64,000 bases of DNA from positions 2,498,309 through 2,562,308 of the forward strand of contig OZ220728.1 in NCBI GenBank assembly GCA_965116845.1. Reading direction: 5' to 3'. The notes under the pieces were generated by a model, which was not told the origin of the DNA, ran no database searches, and worked only from the letters and a program-made list of their open reading frames with translations. How positions within the stretch are numbered: position 1 is the stretch's first letter; the number at the start of each line of letters is the position of its first letter. A program made the translations under genes and the position numbers. This DNA comes from Vicinamibacterales bacterium. Lineage in GTDB: Bacteria > Acidobacteriota > Vicinamibacteria > Vicinamibacterales > UBA8438. Below are positions 38,571 through 50,687 of the stretch, piece after piece.

Positions 38571-39776
38571 CTATTGTAGCACTTGGAGAACGCCCTCCCG
38601 GACCAGTCGCGTCACCAGGGTCAGCTTTCCCTCGTCATCGAGACAGTCGGGCAGGTCCTGGACGGCGAACGCGTCCGCCGTCGCGGCGAAATGCAGCGCC
38701 GGCCACACTGCGGCCGGCAACCGGAGTTCCCGGCCGCAGAACCGGAGGACGCAGGTCGCGCCCTCCGTCGCGGCTTCCGTCAGCAGCCCGGCCCGGCGCC
38801 GCACCCGCGAGCGGGGCCTCAGGCCCGCCCCGTGCAGCCGCTGGCTGAACAGGTCGGTGAACAGCGGCACGTCGCTCGCCAGCACCTCGTCCGTGAAGCG
38901 CCGCCACACGACATCCGGGTCGAAGCGCGACTGCACGAGCGCCAGCTTCTCGCCGAGCAGCCGCGTCCGCTCGGCCGCGGGAAGTCCCTCGCGAGCGAAG
39001 CCGCGGGGGAGGTTCCGGCGCAGGGATTCCTCCTCGAGTGCCGCCGCGGTGACGCTCTCGATCAGGAACTCCGCCCAGGTGAACGCCGTGAGCCCGAGCG
39101 TGATGTGCAACGACGCCTGACCCGTCGAACGGGCCGAATGCATCAGACCGCGCGGGAGGTAGATGGCGCTGCCCGGCCCGAGATCGAACTCGTCGCTGAC
39201 CTCGCCGGGCGGCATGCCGGCTTCGAAGCGTTGGCCCCGGAGCGGCAATCGCACCTTGGTGTCGTAGATCGACCAGCGCTTCGTGCCGCTGATCTGCAGC
39301 ACGAAGACGTCGTGGGTGTCCCAGTGCGGGGCGAATCCCTGCGCATCGGACGGCGTGAGGTACACGTTGGTCTGGACGCGAGACGAGAAGCGCCGCCCGA
39401 GCGCGACGCACAGCCGCGCGAGCGCCGGCACGCGCGTGTGGAGCTGGTTGAAGACGACGGTCGCACCGTCGTCGAAGAGCCGCGCGACCTCGAGCGGCTG
39501 GACCCTCCCGCCATCGTTCGTGAACTCGCCGGGGGAGATGTCGCCGTCGCCCCGGACCAGGCGGATGTCGGGATGGCGGGTCGAGTGAGTGCCCAGCACG
39601 ATGTCGAGGTCGGCCACCGCGAGGAGATCGGCGTAGTATGGGGGCGCTTGGCGCCGGACGTGAAGCAGCCGCTGCTCGTAGTAGTCGCTTTCGAACTCCG
39701 CGGTCGGCAGCGGATCGATGAGCCAGGCGTACCAGTCGCGGTCGTTGGCAGGTTGCGGCTCGGTGTGGTCCGTCAT
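38571..39776 (-). CDS. Cupin-4/JmjC-domain oxygenase (YcfD/RoxA-like ribosomal oxygenase family)
   Basis: 401 aa from ATG at 39776 (MTDHTEPQ) within the 614-aa ORF. GFAPHWDTHDVFVLQISGTKRW (HxD) and AIYLPRGLMHSA (distal His) align with the E. coli YcfD motifs as I recall them. Has a C-terminal winged-helix-like domain. Confidence 0.8.
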   Translation of the reverse strand: MTDHTEPQPANDRDWYAWLIDPLPTAEFESDYYEQRLLHVRRQAPPYYADLLAVADLDIVLGTHSTRHPDIRLVRGDGDISPGEFTNDGGRVQPLEVARLFDDGATVVFNQLHTRVPALARLCVALGRRFSSRVQTNVYLTPSDAQGFAPHWDTHDVFVLQISGTKRWSIYDTKVRLPLRGQRFEAGMPPGEVSDEFDLGPGSAIYLPRGLMHSARSTGQASLHITLGLTAFTWAEFLIESVTAAALEEESLRRNLPRGFAREGLPAAERTRLLGEKLALVQSRFDPDVVWRRFTDEVLASDVPLFTDLFSQRLHGAGLRPRSRVRRRAGLLTEAATEGATCVLRFCGRELRLPAAVWPALHFAATADAFAVQDLPDCLDDEGKLTLVTRLVREGVLQVLQ

Positions 39777-39829
39777 AATGCGTGGGCTCCGTGCGGCGAT
39801 CATTCCGCGTCCTGGCGCCATCTGTCCTT

Positions 39830-39839
39830 GGGGGGGGGG
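39830..39839 (+). repeat. G10 homopolymer (C10 on the minus strand) in a divergent promoter region
   Basis: ccttGGGGGGGGGGcgcg. It lies 54 nt upstream of the cupin gene start and 11 nt upstream of a TTGACA hexamer on the + strand. Confidence 0.95.
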
Positions 39840-39850
39840 CGCGTCGCTGC

Positions 39851-39880
39851 TTGACAGCCAGGTTCGCGCACCCCTACGGT
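39851..39880 (+). promoter_or_regulatory. Candidate sigma-70-type promoter for the small Tat ORF/PepSY genes
   Basis: TTGACA (39851-39856), 18-nt spacer, TACGGT (39875-39880; TAnnnT). The promoter consensus for this lineage is unknown. Confidence 0.3.
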
Positions 39881-39971
39881 ACCGAGACGCATTCGCATGT
39901 TCAAGGGTCAGGAGCAAGTCATGCACAAGCTGCAGGATCGGACGCCCAGCGCGAGTCGGCCAGGAGCGCCG

Positions 39972-40151
39972 ATGTCGCTGACCGACACGGATATCACCAC
40001 CGCTCGCGTCGACCGCCGCTCCTTCCTCTGGCGCGCGGTCGCGGCGGGTTCGGTCGCGGCGGGGGCGGCCCTGACCGCAGCCTGCCCGAGCGGGACCGAC
40101 TCCGACGGCGAGGGCGACGCCGCGCCTACCGACTCCGACCAGTCCCAGTAG
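39972..40151 (+). CDS. Small Tat-signal lipoprotein precursor (59 aa; predicted mature part 22 aa, acidic)
   Basis: AGGAG lies 5 nt upstream of ATG 39972. MSLTDTDITTARVDRRSFLWRAVAAGSVAAGAALTAAC has a twin-arginine motif (RRSFLW) and a lipobox-like TAAC. The mature part is CPSGTDSDGEGDAAPTDSDQSQ. Small ORFs in GC-rich DNA are risky calls. Confidence 0.4.
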   Translation: MSLTDTDITTARVDRRSFLWRAVAAGSVAAGAALTAACPSGTDSDGEGDAAPTDSDQSQ

Positions 40152-40238
40152 CGGGCGCTCGCACCCGGCCGCCTTCCCTCCCGGCATGAGCCGGCTGTTC
40201 CGCGAATCCGCGAGCAAACGCCGGCGGTCGGCTGGGTC

Positions 40239-40282
40239 GCGGGCATCGGCCGGTCCACTTCGCCGGACCGGCCGATGCCCGC
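40239..40282 (+). terminator. Perfect 18-bp stem-loop between the small ORF and the PepSY gene (terminator or attenuator)
   Basis: GCGGGCATCGGCCGGTCC-acttcgcc-GGACCGGCCGATGCCCGC, followed by CTTCC. It lies 88 nt after the small-ORF stop and 36 nt before ATG 40318. Confidence 0.5.
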
Positions 40283-40317
40283 CTTCCGGAGGCCTCTGTC
40301 TTGAGGTCCCGCCAGTA

Positions 40318-41460
<1,143 letters not shown>

Positions 41461-42096
41461 GCATCGCACCCAACGCGGTTCGGACGGCGTTCACGCCGGC
41501 TCCGGTCTTGCTGGATACAGGGAGGACGGAGCGTTCGAGGCTGCGCTCGTGACGGCTGCGCAGCACACGCTGCACGTTCCCTGACTGGCGGTCGTTCTTG
41601 GTGGTGACGACCGTGACAGGAGGACCGAGCCCGAGCAGCCACGCCAGCGCCGCGAGGTCGCTTTCCAGGCCGGGGTGCCGGCCGTCGACGACGAGGATCG
41701 CTCCCGCCAGCCGCGTCTCGTCCGGCCCGCAGTCGCGCTCCGGATCCCGCACCAGGCGGCGGAAGAAGCTGCGCGTCAGGGCATCGAACTCGCGCCGCGC
41801 CGTCTCGCCGCCGCGCGCAAACCCGTACCCCGGGAGGTCGGCCAGCGTGAAGCGCAGCGCCCGCATACCGGCCGCCGCGGTGCGCGCCGCGTAGAGGTTG
41901 ACCATCCGCGTGGTCCCCGGCTTGGCGCCCGCGCGCGCGATGCGCTGCCCGGTCAGAGCGTTGATCAGGCTGGACTTGCCGACGTTCGACCGGCCGACCA
42001 TTGCGACGATAGGCGCCGTATCGATCGGTAACCGACCGCCGGCCGGCAGGCTGGTGACGAAGCGGGCTTCCTGAATCTTCACGGCCCGTCGATGCC

Positions 42097-42186
42097 CTAG
42101 AAGTCTGCGCGGTAGAACGGTGCAGACCCCTAGCAGGGTTGGTTGGGCACCAGGCGGAGCCGTTCAGGCGACGAATGGTGGGCTAG
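42097..42186 (-). repeat. Structured intergenic repeat, copy B
   Basis: CTAGAAGTCTGCGCGGTAGAACGGTGCAGACCCCTAGCAGGGTTGGTTGGGCACCAGGCGGAGCCGTTCAGGCGACGAATGGTGGGCTAG in the lon-engB spacer. Its reverse complement matches copy A. CTAG is present at both ends. Confidence 0.85.
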
Positions 42187-42280
42187 CCCGTCGCCCGCCG
42201 CTCGTCGTTCTCGCGGGAGAACCGTCCGCTGGCTCCGCAGGACCCGACGCCGTGCCTGGCGGCGCAGGTTCCTGCCGAGA

Positions 42281-44668
42281 TCAGTGGGTGATACGGCCGT
42301 CCGCGGCCACCTCGGGGGACTCCGCCGTCGGCGTCATCGGCACCGGCTGCTCGGCGAGCGCGATCTTCAGGACCTCGTCCATCGTGTCGACCATGTAGAG
42401 GTTGAGCGAGTCGAGTACTTCCTTGGGGATGTCCGCGAGGTCCTTCTCGTTGTCCTTCGGCAAGATGATGGTCTTCAGGTTCGCGCGATGCGCGGCGAGG
42501 ACCTTCTCCTTGACGCCGCCGACCGGAAGGACCTTGCCGCGCAGGGTGATCTCGCCGGTCATGGCCACATCGCGGCGCGTCGGAACGCGCGCCAGCGTGG
42601 AGACGAGCGCGGTCGTGATCGTGATGCCCGCCGACGGGCCGTCCTTCGGAATCGCGCCTTCGGGGACGTGCACGTGCACGTCGGTCTTCTTGTTGAACTC
42701 CTTCGGGATGCCGAAGTCCTCGGCCTTGGCCCGCACGTAGCTCATCGCGGCCTGCGCCGACTCCTGCATGACGTCGCCCAGCTTGCCGGTCAGCGTCAAC
42801 TGGCCCTTGCCCGGCATGAGCGTCGACTCGGTGAGCAGCAGCTCCCCGCCCGCCTCGGTCCACGCGAGCCCGGTGGCGATCCCGATCTCGTTCTTGTCCT
42901 CGGCCAGCGTCGGTCGGTACTTCGGCACGCCGAGGTACTCGCTGATGCGCTCGCCGGTCACCTCGGTCGAGAAGCTCTTGCCGTCGACGACGACCTTGCG
43001 GGCGATCTTGCGGCAGATGGACGCGATCTCGCGCTCCAGGCTCCGGACCCCGGCCTCTCGGGTGTAGCGGCGGATGACTATCTCGTAGGCGTCGTCCGCG
43101 AACCGGACGTTCTTGTCGCTCAGCCCGGTCGCCGGCAGCGCCTTGGGCAGCAGGAAGCGCCTGGCGATCTCGATCTTCTCGAGCTCGGTGTAACCGGCGA
43201 GCTGCAGCACCTCCATCCGGTCCCGAAGCGCCTGGGGGACGGTGTGCAGGACATTCGCCGTGCAGATGAACATCACGTGCGAGAGATCGAACTCGACGTC
43301 GAGGTAGTGGTCCAGAAACGCGTTGTTCTGTTCCGGATCGAGCACCTCGAGCAGGGCGGCCGACGGGTCGCCCCGGAAGTCCATGGACATCTTGTCGACT
43401 TCGTCGAGCAGGAAGACGGGATTGACCGTCCCCGCCTTCTTCATCATCTGGATGATCTGGCCCGGGAAGGCGCCGATGTACGTCCGCCGATGGCCGCGGA
43501 TCTCCGCCTCGTCACGCACGCCGCCGAGCGACAGCCGCACGAACTTCCGGCTCGTGGCGCGCGCGATGGACTTGGCGAGCGAGGTCTTGCCGACTCCCGG
43601 AGGGCCGGTGAACGTGAGGATCGTCCCGCGCGGCTTGCGCACGAGGGAGCGCACGGCGAGAAACTCGAGGATGCGATCCTTGATCTTCTCCAGCCCGTAG
43701 TGATCTTCGTTGAGGATGGTCTCCGCGCGTTTCAGGTTGCGGCTCTCGCGGGTCCGCTTGTGCCAGGGCACGGCGATGAGCCAGTCGAGGTAGTTGCGCG
43801 AAACCGTCGCCTCGGCCGACATCGGCGGCATCGCCTCGAGGCGCTTGAGCTCCTGCATCGCCTTCTCGCCGACGTCGGGCGGCATCTTGCTCTCTTCGAT
43901 CTTGCGCCGCAGGTCGTCCACCTCGTTACCCCGATCTTCCTTGCGCCCCAGCTCTTTCTGGATCGCCTTCATCTTCTCGTTGAGGTAGTACTCCTTCTGC
44001 GCCTTCTCCATCTGCTTCTTCACGCGCGACTGGATGCGGCGGTCGACCTGGAGCTTGTCCACCTCGGTCTCGAGGATGCTGGCGATGCGCACGAGCCGCT
44101 CGAGAGGCGAGATGATCTCGAGCAGGTTCTGCTTCTCGTCGACGCCGACCACCAGGTGCGCGGCGATCGTGTCCCCGAGCTTGCTCGGGTCGTCCACGCG
44201 CACGGCGGCAATCATCGCGTCGTACTGCAGGGTGTTGGAGAGCTTGACGTACTGCTCGAAGAGCGAGACCACCTTGCTCATGGTGCTCTCGACGTCCTCG
44301 TTGGTGTCCGGCTGCCGCGGAAGCACCTTGGCGACGACGCGGAAGAAGCCCTTGTCCTCCTTCCACTCGATGGTTCGCGCGCGATCGATGCCCTCCACCA
44401 GCACCTTCACGTTGCCGTCGGGCAGCTTCAGGCTCTGCACGATGTTGGCGACGCAGCCCATCGTGTAGATGTCGTTCGGGTTCGGGTCGTCGTTCGCGGC
44501 ATCCTTCTGGGCCGCCAGGAAGATCCGCTTGTCGTTGAGCAACGCGTGCTCGAGGGCGCGCGTCGACGACCGGCGTCCGATGACGAACGGCATCATCATG
44601 TGCGGAAAGACGACGACGTCGCGCAGCGGCACGATCGGGAGCGTTTCGTAGGCTTCCATGGTAGTCAC
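42281..44668 (-). CDS. lon: ATP-dependent Lon protease
   Basis: 795 aa. [19 protein letters not shown], Walker [10 protein letters not shown], protease Ser PKDGPSAG. Confidence 0.97.
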   Translation of the reverse strand: MTTMEAYETLPIVPLRDVVVFPHMMMPFVIGRRSSTRALEHALLNDKRIFLAAQKDAANDDPNPNDIYTMGCVANIVQSLKLPDGNVKVLVEGIDRARTIEWKEDKGFFRVVAKVLPRQPDTNEDVESTMSKVVSLFEQYVKLSNTLQYDAMIAAVRVDDPSKLGDTIAAHLVVGVDEKQNLLEIISPLERLVRIASILETEVDKLQVDRRIQSRVKKQMEKAQKEYYLNEKMKAIQKELGRKEDRGNEVDDLRRKIEESKMPPDVGEKAMQELKRLEAMPPMSAEATVSRNYLDWLIAVPWHKRTRESRNLKRAETILNEDHYGLEKIKDRILEFLAVRSLVRKPRGTILTFTGPPGVGKTSLAKSIARATSRKFVRLSLGGVRDEAEIRGHRRTYIGAFPGQIIQMMKKAGTVNPVFLLDEVDKMSMDFRGDPSAALLEVLDPEQNNAFLDHYLDVEFDLSHVMFICTANVLHTVPQALRDRMEVLQLAGYTELEKIEIARRFLLPKALPATGLSDKNVRFADDAYEIVIRRYTREAGVRSLEREIASICRKIARKVVVDGKSFSTEVTGERISEYLGVPKYRPTLAEDKNEIGIATGLAWTEAGGELLLTESTLMPGKGQLTLTGKLGDVMQESAQAAMSYVRAKAEDFGIPKEFNKKTDVHVHVPEGAIPKDGPSAGITITTALVSTLARVPTRRDVAMTGEITLRGKVLPVGGVKEKVLAAHRANLKTIILPKDNEKDLADIPKEVLDSLNLYMVDTMDEVLKIALAEQPVPMTPTAESPEVAADGRITH

Positions 44669-44681
44669 CGGCGGGGGCTCG

Positions 44682-45929
<1,248 letters not shown>

Positions 45930-45939
45930 GGGTTCGCGG

Positions 45940-46542
45940 CTACGCGCGCTGGCGAATCACGTCGTCAATGATACCGTATTCGCGGCCCTGCTCCGCGCTC
46001 ATGATGTGGTCGCGCTCGGTGTCCTCGCCGATCCGCTCGACCGGCTGGTCGGTGTGGGCCGACAGAATCTCGTTGAGCCGTGTCCGCATCCGGACGATCT
46101 CGCGGGCGTGGATGTCGATGTCGGTCGCCTGGCCCGCCAGCCCGGTCATCAGTGGCTGGTGGATGACGATGCGCGAGTTGGGCAACGAGAACCGCTTCCC
46201 CTTGGTGCCGGCCGCCAGCAGCACCGCGGCCATCGACGCGGCCTGCCCGATGCAGGTCGTCTGGACGTCCGGCTTGATGAACTGCATCGTGTCGTAGATC
46301 GCCAGCCCAGCCGAGATCGATCCGCCGGGGCTGTTGATGTACAGCATGATGTCGCGGTCCGGGTCCTCGGCCTCGAGGAAGAGCATCTGGGCGATGATCA
46401 GGTTCGCGAGCCCGTCGTCGATGGGGGCGCCGATGAAGACGATGCTGTCCTTGAGCAGGCGCGAGTAGATGTCGTACGCGCGCTCGCCCCGATTGGACTG
46501 CTCGACCACCATCGGGATGAGCTGCATGTGAGGGTCGGGCAT
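45940..46542 (-). CDS. clpP: ATP-dependent Clp protease proteolytic subunit ClpP
   Basis: 200 aa. [27 protein letters not shown] (Ser), IHQPL (His). Confidence 0.97.
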   Translation of the reverse strand: MPDPHMQLIPMVVEQSNRGERAYDIYSRLLKDSIVFIGAPIDDGLANLIIAQMLFLEAEDPDRDIMLYINSPGGSISAGLAIYDTMQFIKPDVQTTCIGQAASMAAVLLAAGTKGKRFSLPNSRIVIHQPLMTGLAGQATDIDIHAREIVRMRTRLNEILSAHTDQPVERIGEDTERDHIMSAEQGREYGIIDDVIRQRA

Positions 46543-46645
46543 GTCAGGCTGCGCTCTCGGGAGCCGACGGAGCGGATGAGCCGCGCGAATCCGATTGGGG
46601 GAACATGACCGGGCCGCGCGACGCCGAGCGGGACCGGGGGCGACC

Positions 46646-47938
46646 TCAAACGGTCACGATAGTAGCACGCGCCAACAGGAAGTCAATCGCCTTCTCGCGC
46701 CGCAACCCGGCCGCGAGCTGACTCCTCTCGTCCTCCTTGTCGACCGCCGCCCGGACGGCGGGTACGCTCTGGCCGGTGGCCGCAGCCTGCCGTGCGAACT
46801 CCTGCTCCAGATCGCTCTCGTCCGTCTCGATCGACTCGCGCCGCGCGATCTCGTCGAGCACCAGCGCGCTGCGGACGACCTCGGTGGCGGAGTCGCGCTG
46901 CTGGTCGCGGAAGGCGTCCCAGTCGACCTTCGCGCGCCGGGGATCGATGCGCTGGCGGAGCATCTGGCGGACGAGCTGCGCCACCCGCCGCTCGACCTCC
47001 GCCGCTACGAGCGCGCCCGGCACGTCCCCCGTCACCCGCGAAGCGAGCTGGCGCAGGAGGTCGGCCCGCACGGCGCGCGTCGCGGCGTCGCCGGCCTCCC
47101 GCTCGAGATCGGATCGGATACGCGCGCGCAGGGCCGTGAGATCGTCGAACTCGCCGAGGTCCTTGGCAAAGTCGTCGTCGAGCTCCGGCAGGACTCGGCG
47201 ATGCACGCCCCGGACCTCGACCGAGTAGTGCGCCTCGGCCGTCGGAGCCTCCGGGCTGTCGTCCGGCTGCGGCGCGGGGAGAGCGAACTCCCGCGTCGCC
47301 CCCGCCGCCGTGCCGCGCAGGTGGTCGTCGAACCCGGGCGGGTTGTCGGGGCTCCCGATCTCCACCGTGACGCTGACGTGCCGCTCCGGGGCGGATTCGG
47401 TGCCGTCGCTGCGCCGCAGCCGACGCTCGAGGTCGAGCGTCACCGTGTCTCCGGTCTCGGCGCCCCTTTCCTCGACCGGTTCCGAGCGCGCGACGCGCAC
47501 GCGGAGCTGCTGGATCTCACGGTCCACCGCCTCGTCGTCGACCGCCGCCGGCGGCTGCTGCCGGAGCACGAACGCGTCGTAGGTGCCCGGGTCGACCGGC
47601 GGCACCACCTCGACCAGGGCGGTGAAGGTGAGCGGCTTCCCCTCGTCGACCTCCACGTCCCGAATCTCTGGCGTCGCGACCGGCTCGAGCTCGTGCGCCT
47701 TCAGTGCGTCGTCCACCGCGCGGGGGACCAGATCCTCCGCTACCGCCCGCAGGATCTCCTCCCGGAACCGCTTGCGCACCACCGCTTGCGGCACCTTGCC
47801 GGGTCGGAAGCCGGCGACCCTGACGGAGCGGCCGTACTGCTGCGCCGCCCGGTCCACCGCCCCGCCGACCGTCTCCGCCGGGAGCTCCACCCGCAGTTCC
47901 TTGCGGCTGCCTCCGACGTGCGTGACCTCCGTCTTCAT
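46646..47938 (-). CDS. tig: Trigger factor
   Basis: 430 aa. The N-terminal ribosome-binding region contains GFRPGKVP. Located between tRNA-Leu and clpP. Confidence 0.9.
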   Translation of the reverse strand: MKTEVTHVGGSRKELRVELPAETVGGAVDRAAQQYGRSVRVAGFRPGKVPQAVVRKRFREEILRAVAEDLVPRAVDDALKAHELEPVATPEIRDVEVDEGKPLTFTALVEVVPPVDPGTYDAFVLRQQPPAAVDDEAVDREIQQLRVRVARSEPVEERGAETGDTVTLDLERRLRRSDGTESAPERHVSVTVEIGSPDNPPGFDDHLRGTAAGATREFALPAPQPDDSPEAPTAEAHYSVEVRGVHRRVLPELDDDFAKDLGEFDDLTALRARIRSDLEREAGDAATRAVRADLLRQLASRVTGDVPGALVAAEVERRVAQLVRQMLRQRIDPRRAKVDWDAFRDQQRDSATEVVRSALVLDEIARRESIETDESDLEQEFARQAAATGQSVPAVRAAVDKEDERSQLAAGLRREKAIDFLLARATIVTV

Positions 47939-48032
47939 GACTTCCTGGGCAGATCGTTGGCTGGTCCGGCCGTTGGAGCGGACCGGTTCCCGCGCCGATC
48001 GCTGACGCGAGCGTTGGGCAACCCTGTGGCGT

Positions 48033-48118
<86 letters not shown>

Positions 48119-48190
48119 GCGGGCGGGCGGGCGGAGCGCGACCGCGCTCTGTCCGGCACCGGAACCCAATCAGCGTAGCATACCGGCCGT

Positions 48191-48218
48191 CGCGGGCCGC
48201 CGTCCCGGACGGCCCGCG
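48191..48218 (+). other. GC-rich stem-loop in the tRNA-Leu/egtB divergent spacer
   Basis: CGCGGGCCG-ccgtcccgga-CGGCCCGCG; the loop can extend the stem (CCG/CGG with one bulged A). A second hairpin, GTCGGGC-tgcggactg-GCCCGAC, lies at 48244-48266. Function unknown. Confidence 0.3.
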
Positions 48219-48330
48219 GGGAGTTCTGGTACGATAATCCGCGGTCGGGCTGCGGACTGGCCCGACGGGGCATCCAGAGACGCGGACGGGCTCGTTGCTC
48301 GTCCGGCCGGGCAGAAGCGGGACAGGCGAG

Positions 48331-49704
48331 ATGGGACAGCTTAACCGGGAGCCGGACGCCGGGCGCGTCGATCGGCGGCAGGTGATTGACTCGTACCACG
48401 CCCACCGGCGTCGCACGCATTCCATCTTCGACCTGCTCTCCGCCGACACCTACTACGAGCGGCCGATCGCGCTCCGCCACCCGGTCGTGTTCTACGAGGG
48501 CCACATTCCGGCCTTCACGGTCAACAGCTTCCTCAAGAAGGGCCTCGGCCACCCCGGCATCAATCCCGAGTTCGAGGTGCTCTTCGCTCGCGGCATCGAT
48601 CCGGGAGACCAGGCCGCCGCCGACGCCCGGGCCATCGGCCGCTGGCCGAGTCGCGACGAGGTGCAGGACTACGGCCGCCGGGTCGACGCCGCGGTGCTCG
48701 ACGCGCTCGAGTCTGCCACCGTCGAGGGCGACGCCAACCCGGTCCTGCGGCGCGGGCAGGGCCTGTACACCATGATGGAGCACGAGGTGCTCCACCAGGA
48801 GACCCTGCTCTACATGTGGCATCGCTTCGACGGCGCGCGCAAGACCCGTCCCGAGCGCTCGACCGCTCCCGACGCGCCCGCTCCCGTTTCGCCCGCCGCC
48901 TTCGACGGCGAGTTCGCGATGACGCGCATCCCGGCGGGCCGGGCGACCCTCGGCGCCGAACGGGAAGCCATCCGGTTCGGGTGGGACAACGAGTTCCCGC
49001 TTCACGTCGTCGATGTCGCGGCCTTCGAGATCGACGCGCACAACGTGACCAACCAGGACTACCTGGCGTTCGTCGAGGCGGGTGGCTACCGCGCGCCCGA
49101 GCTCTGGTCGCCGGGCGCCCGGGCGCGGCAGCGGGAGTCCGGACGCGACCATCCGCTCTTCTGGGAGCGGGCGGGCGCCGACTGGCTCTGGCGCGGCTTC
49201 TTCGAGACCCTCCCCCTGCCGCCGGACTGGCCGGTCTTCGTCACCCACGACGAGGCCGCGGCCTATGCTCGCTGGAAGGGCCAGCGGCTGCCCACGGAAG
49301 CGGAGTTCCATCGCGCCGCCTACGGCGCCCCGGACGGTTCGGAGCGACCGCACCCCTGGGGCGCGGCGCCGCCCGACGCGACCCGCGGCAACTTCGACTT
49401 CCGCCACTGGGATCCTGTGCCGGTCGGGTCGTACCCGGCCGGAGCGAGCGCCTGGGGCGTACACGATCTCGTCGGGAACGGCTGGGAGTGGACGTCGACG
49501 CCGTTCGAGGGGTTCCCGGGTTTCGAGAGCATGGCGTCCTACCCGGAATACTCCGCCGATTTCTTCGACAGCGAGCATTTCGTGCTCAAGGGCGCGTCTC
49601 CGGCGACCGGCCGGGACCTCGTGCGCCGCAGCTTCCGCAACTGGTTCCGCCCGGGCTATCCCTATGTGTACGCCGCGTTCCGATGCGTGCGTGACGTCGA
49701 CTGA
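48331..49704 (+). CDS. egtB: Ergothioneine biosynthesis sulfoxide synthase EgtB (DinB_2 + FGE-sulfatase fold)
   Basis: ATG 48331 within ORF 48295-49704. HPVVFYEGHIPAF, MMEHEVLHQETL (HxxxH iron ligands), C-terminal SUMF1/FGE-like GNGWEWTSTPF...YAAFRCV. Immediately upstream of egtD. Confidence 0.85.
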   Translation: MGQLNREPDAGRVDRRQVIDSYHAHRRRTHSIFDLLSADTYYERPIALRHPVVFYEGHIPAFTVNSFLKKGLGHPGINPEFEVLFARGIDPGDQAAADARAIGRWPSRDEVQDYGRRVDAAVLDALESATVEGDANPVLRRGQGLYTMMEHEVLHQETLLYMWHRFDGARKTRPERSTAPDAPAPVSPAAFDGEFAMTRIPAGRATLGAEREAIRFGWDNEFPLHVVDVAAFEIDAHNVTNQDYLAFVEAGGYRAPELWSPGARARQRESGRDHPLFWERAGADWLWRGFFETLPLPPDWPVFVTHDEAAAYARWKGQRLPTEAEFHRAAYGAPDGSERPHPWGAAPPDATRGNFDFRHWDPVPVGSYPAGASAWGVHDLVGNGWEWTSTPFEGFPGFESMASYPEYSADFFDSEHFVLKGASPATGRDLVRRSFRNWFRPGYPYVYAAFRCVRDVD

Positions 49705-49709
49705 ACGCC

Positions 49710-50687
49710 ATGCCGTCGTCGCCTGAAGCCCCCGTCCTGGCCGCGGGGGTCGACGAGTTGGCCGCCGAGGTCGTCGCCGGACTGACGCGTCCCGCGAAGC
49801 GGCTTCCGTCGAAGTTCCTCTACGACGCGCTGGGCTCGCAGCTCTTCGAGGCGATCTGCGAGCTGCCGTGGTACCGCATCACCCGCGGCGAACGGGCGCT
49901 GTTGGCGCGCGAGCGGGCGACGATCACCGGGCTTATCGGCGACGAAGCGTCCATCATCGAGCTCGGGGGCGGCAGCGGCGAGAAGCTCGCCATCCTGATC
50001 GAGGCGCTGGTCGAACGCGGCGCGCGCGTCGAGACGCACCTCGTCGACATCTCGCCGACCGCGCTCGACCTGTCGGCCCGCACCCTCGGCGGTTATCCGC
50101 GGGTGTCCGTCCGCTGCCACGCGGCGGCGTACCTCGAGGGGCTCCGGGAGGCCGTCCGGGAGGTCGACGGCGACCGGCCGTGCCTCGCGCTCTTCCTGGG
50201 GTCGAACATCGGCAACCTCGGTCCGGTCGAGTCGGATCGCTTTCTGCGCGACATTCGGGCGCGTCTCCGGCCCGGGGATCTGCTGCTGCTGGGGGCCGAT
50301 CTGGTCAAGAGCGAGGCGGATCTGATCCTGGCCTACGACGACCCGCTCGGCGTGACCGCGGCGTTCAACGCCAACCTGCTGGTGCGGCTCAACCGCGAGC
50401 TCGATGCCGACTTCGATCTGTCGCAGTTCGACTACCGCGCCGTCTGGAACGCGAGAGCCTCGCGGGTCGAGACGTATCTCGTCAGCCGGTCGGAGCAGAC
50501 GGTCTGCCTCCCGCGCGCGGGGTGCTGCGTCCGGCTGGCGGCGGGCGAGGCGATCTGGACGGAGAGCTCGCACAAGTACGAACGGGCGCAGATCGCGGCC
50601 CTCGGCGAGCGCGCCGGTTTTGCCTGTCGCGAGCAGTGGGTCGAGCCCGAGTCGCAGTTCGCGCTGACGCTGTTCGACGTCTCATGA
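49710..50687 (+). CDS. egtD: L-histidine N-alpha-methyltransferase EgtD
   Basis: 325 aa. KRLPSKFLYDALGSQLFEAICELPWYRITRGERALL, IELGGGSGEK, FLGSNIGNL, ESSHKY. Confidence 0.9.
   Translation: MPSSPEAPVLAAGVDELAAEVVAGLTRPAKRLPSKFLYDALGSQLFEAICELPWYRITRGERALLARERATITGLIGDEASIIELGGGSGEKLAILIEALVERGARVETHLVDISPTALDLSARTLGGYPRVSVRCHAAAYLEGLREAVREVDGDRPCLALFLGSNIGNLGPVESDRFLRDIRARLRPGDLLLLGADLVKSEADLILAYDDPLGVTAAFNANLLVRLNRELDADFDLSQFDYRAVWNARASRVETYLVSRSEQTVCLPRAGCCVRLAAGEAIWTESSHKYERAQIAALGERAGFACREQWVEPESQFALTLFDVS

Noticed and set aside
42120-42398. ORF 42120-42398 and part of ORF 8414-11614 share the peptide GWAPGGAVQATNGGL, which might suggest a duplicated small protein.
   Set aside because: The shared peptide is simply the translation of the ~90-nt nucleotide repeat (copies A and B). 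Neither ORF has a plausible start or RBS, and both run into antisense coding sequence.
46543-46645. A heat-shock (sigma-32-like CCCCAT -10, or CIRCE) element upstream of clpP.
   Set aside because: Only a CCCCCAAT string is present. There is no matching -35 at proper spacing and no CIRCE inverted repeat.
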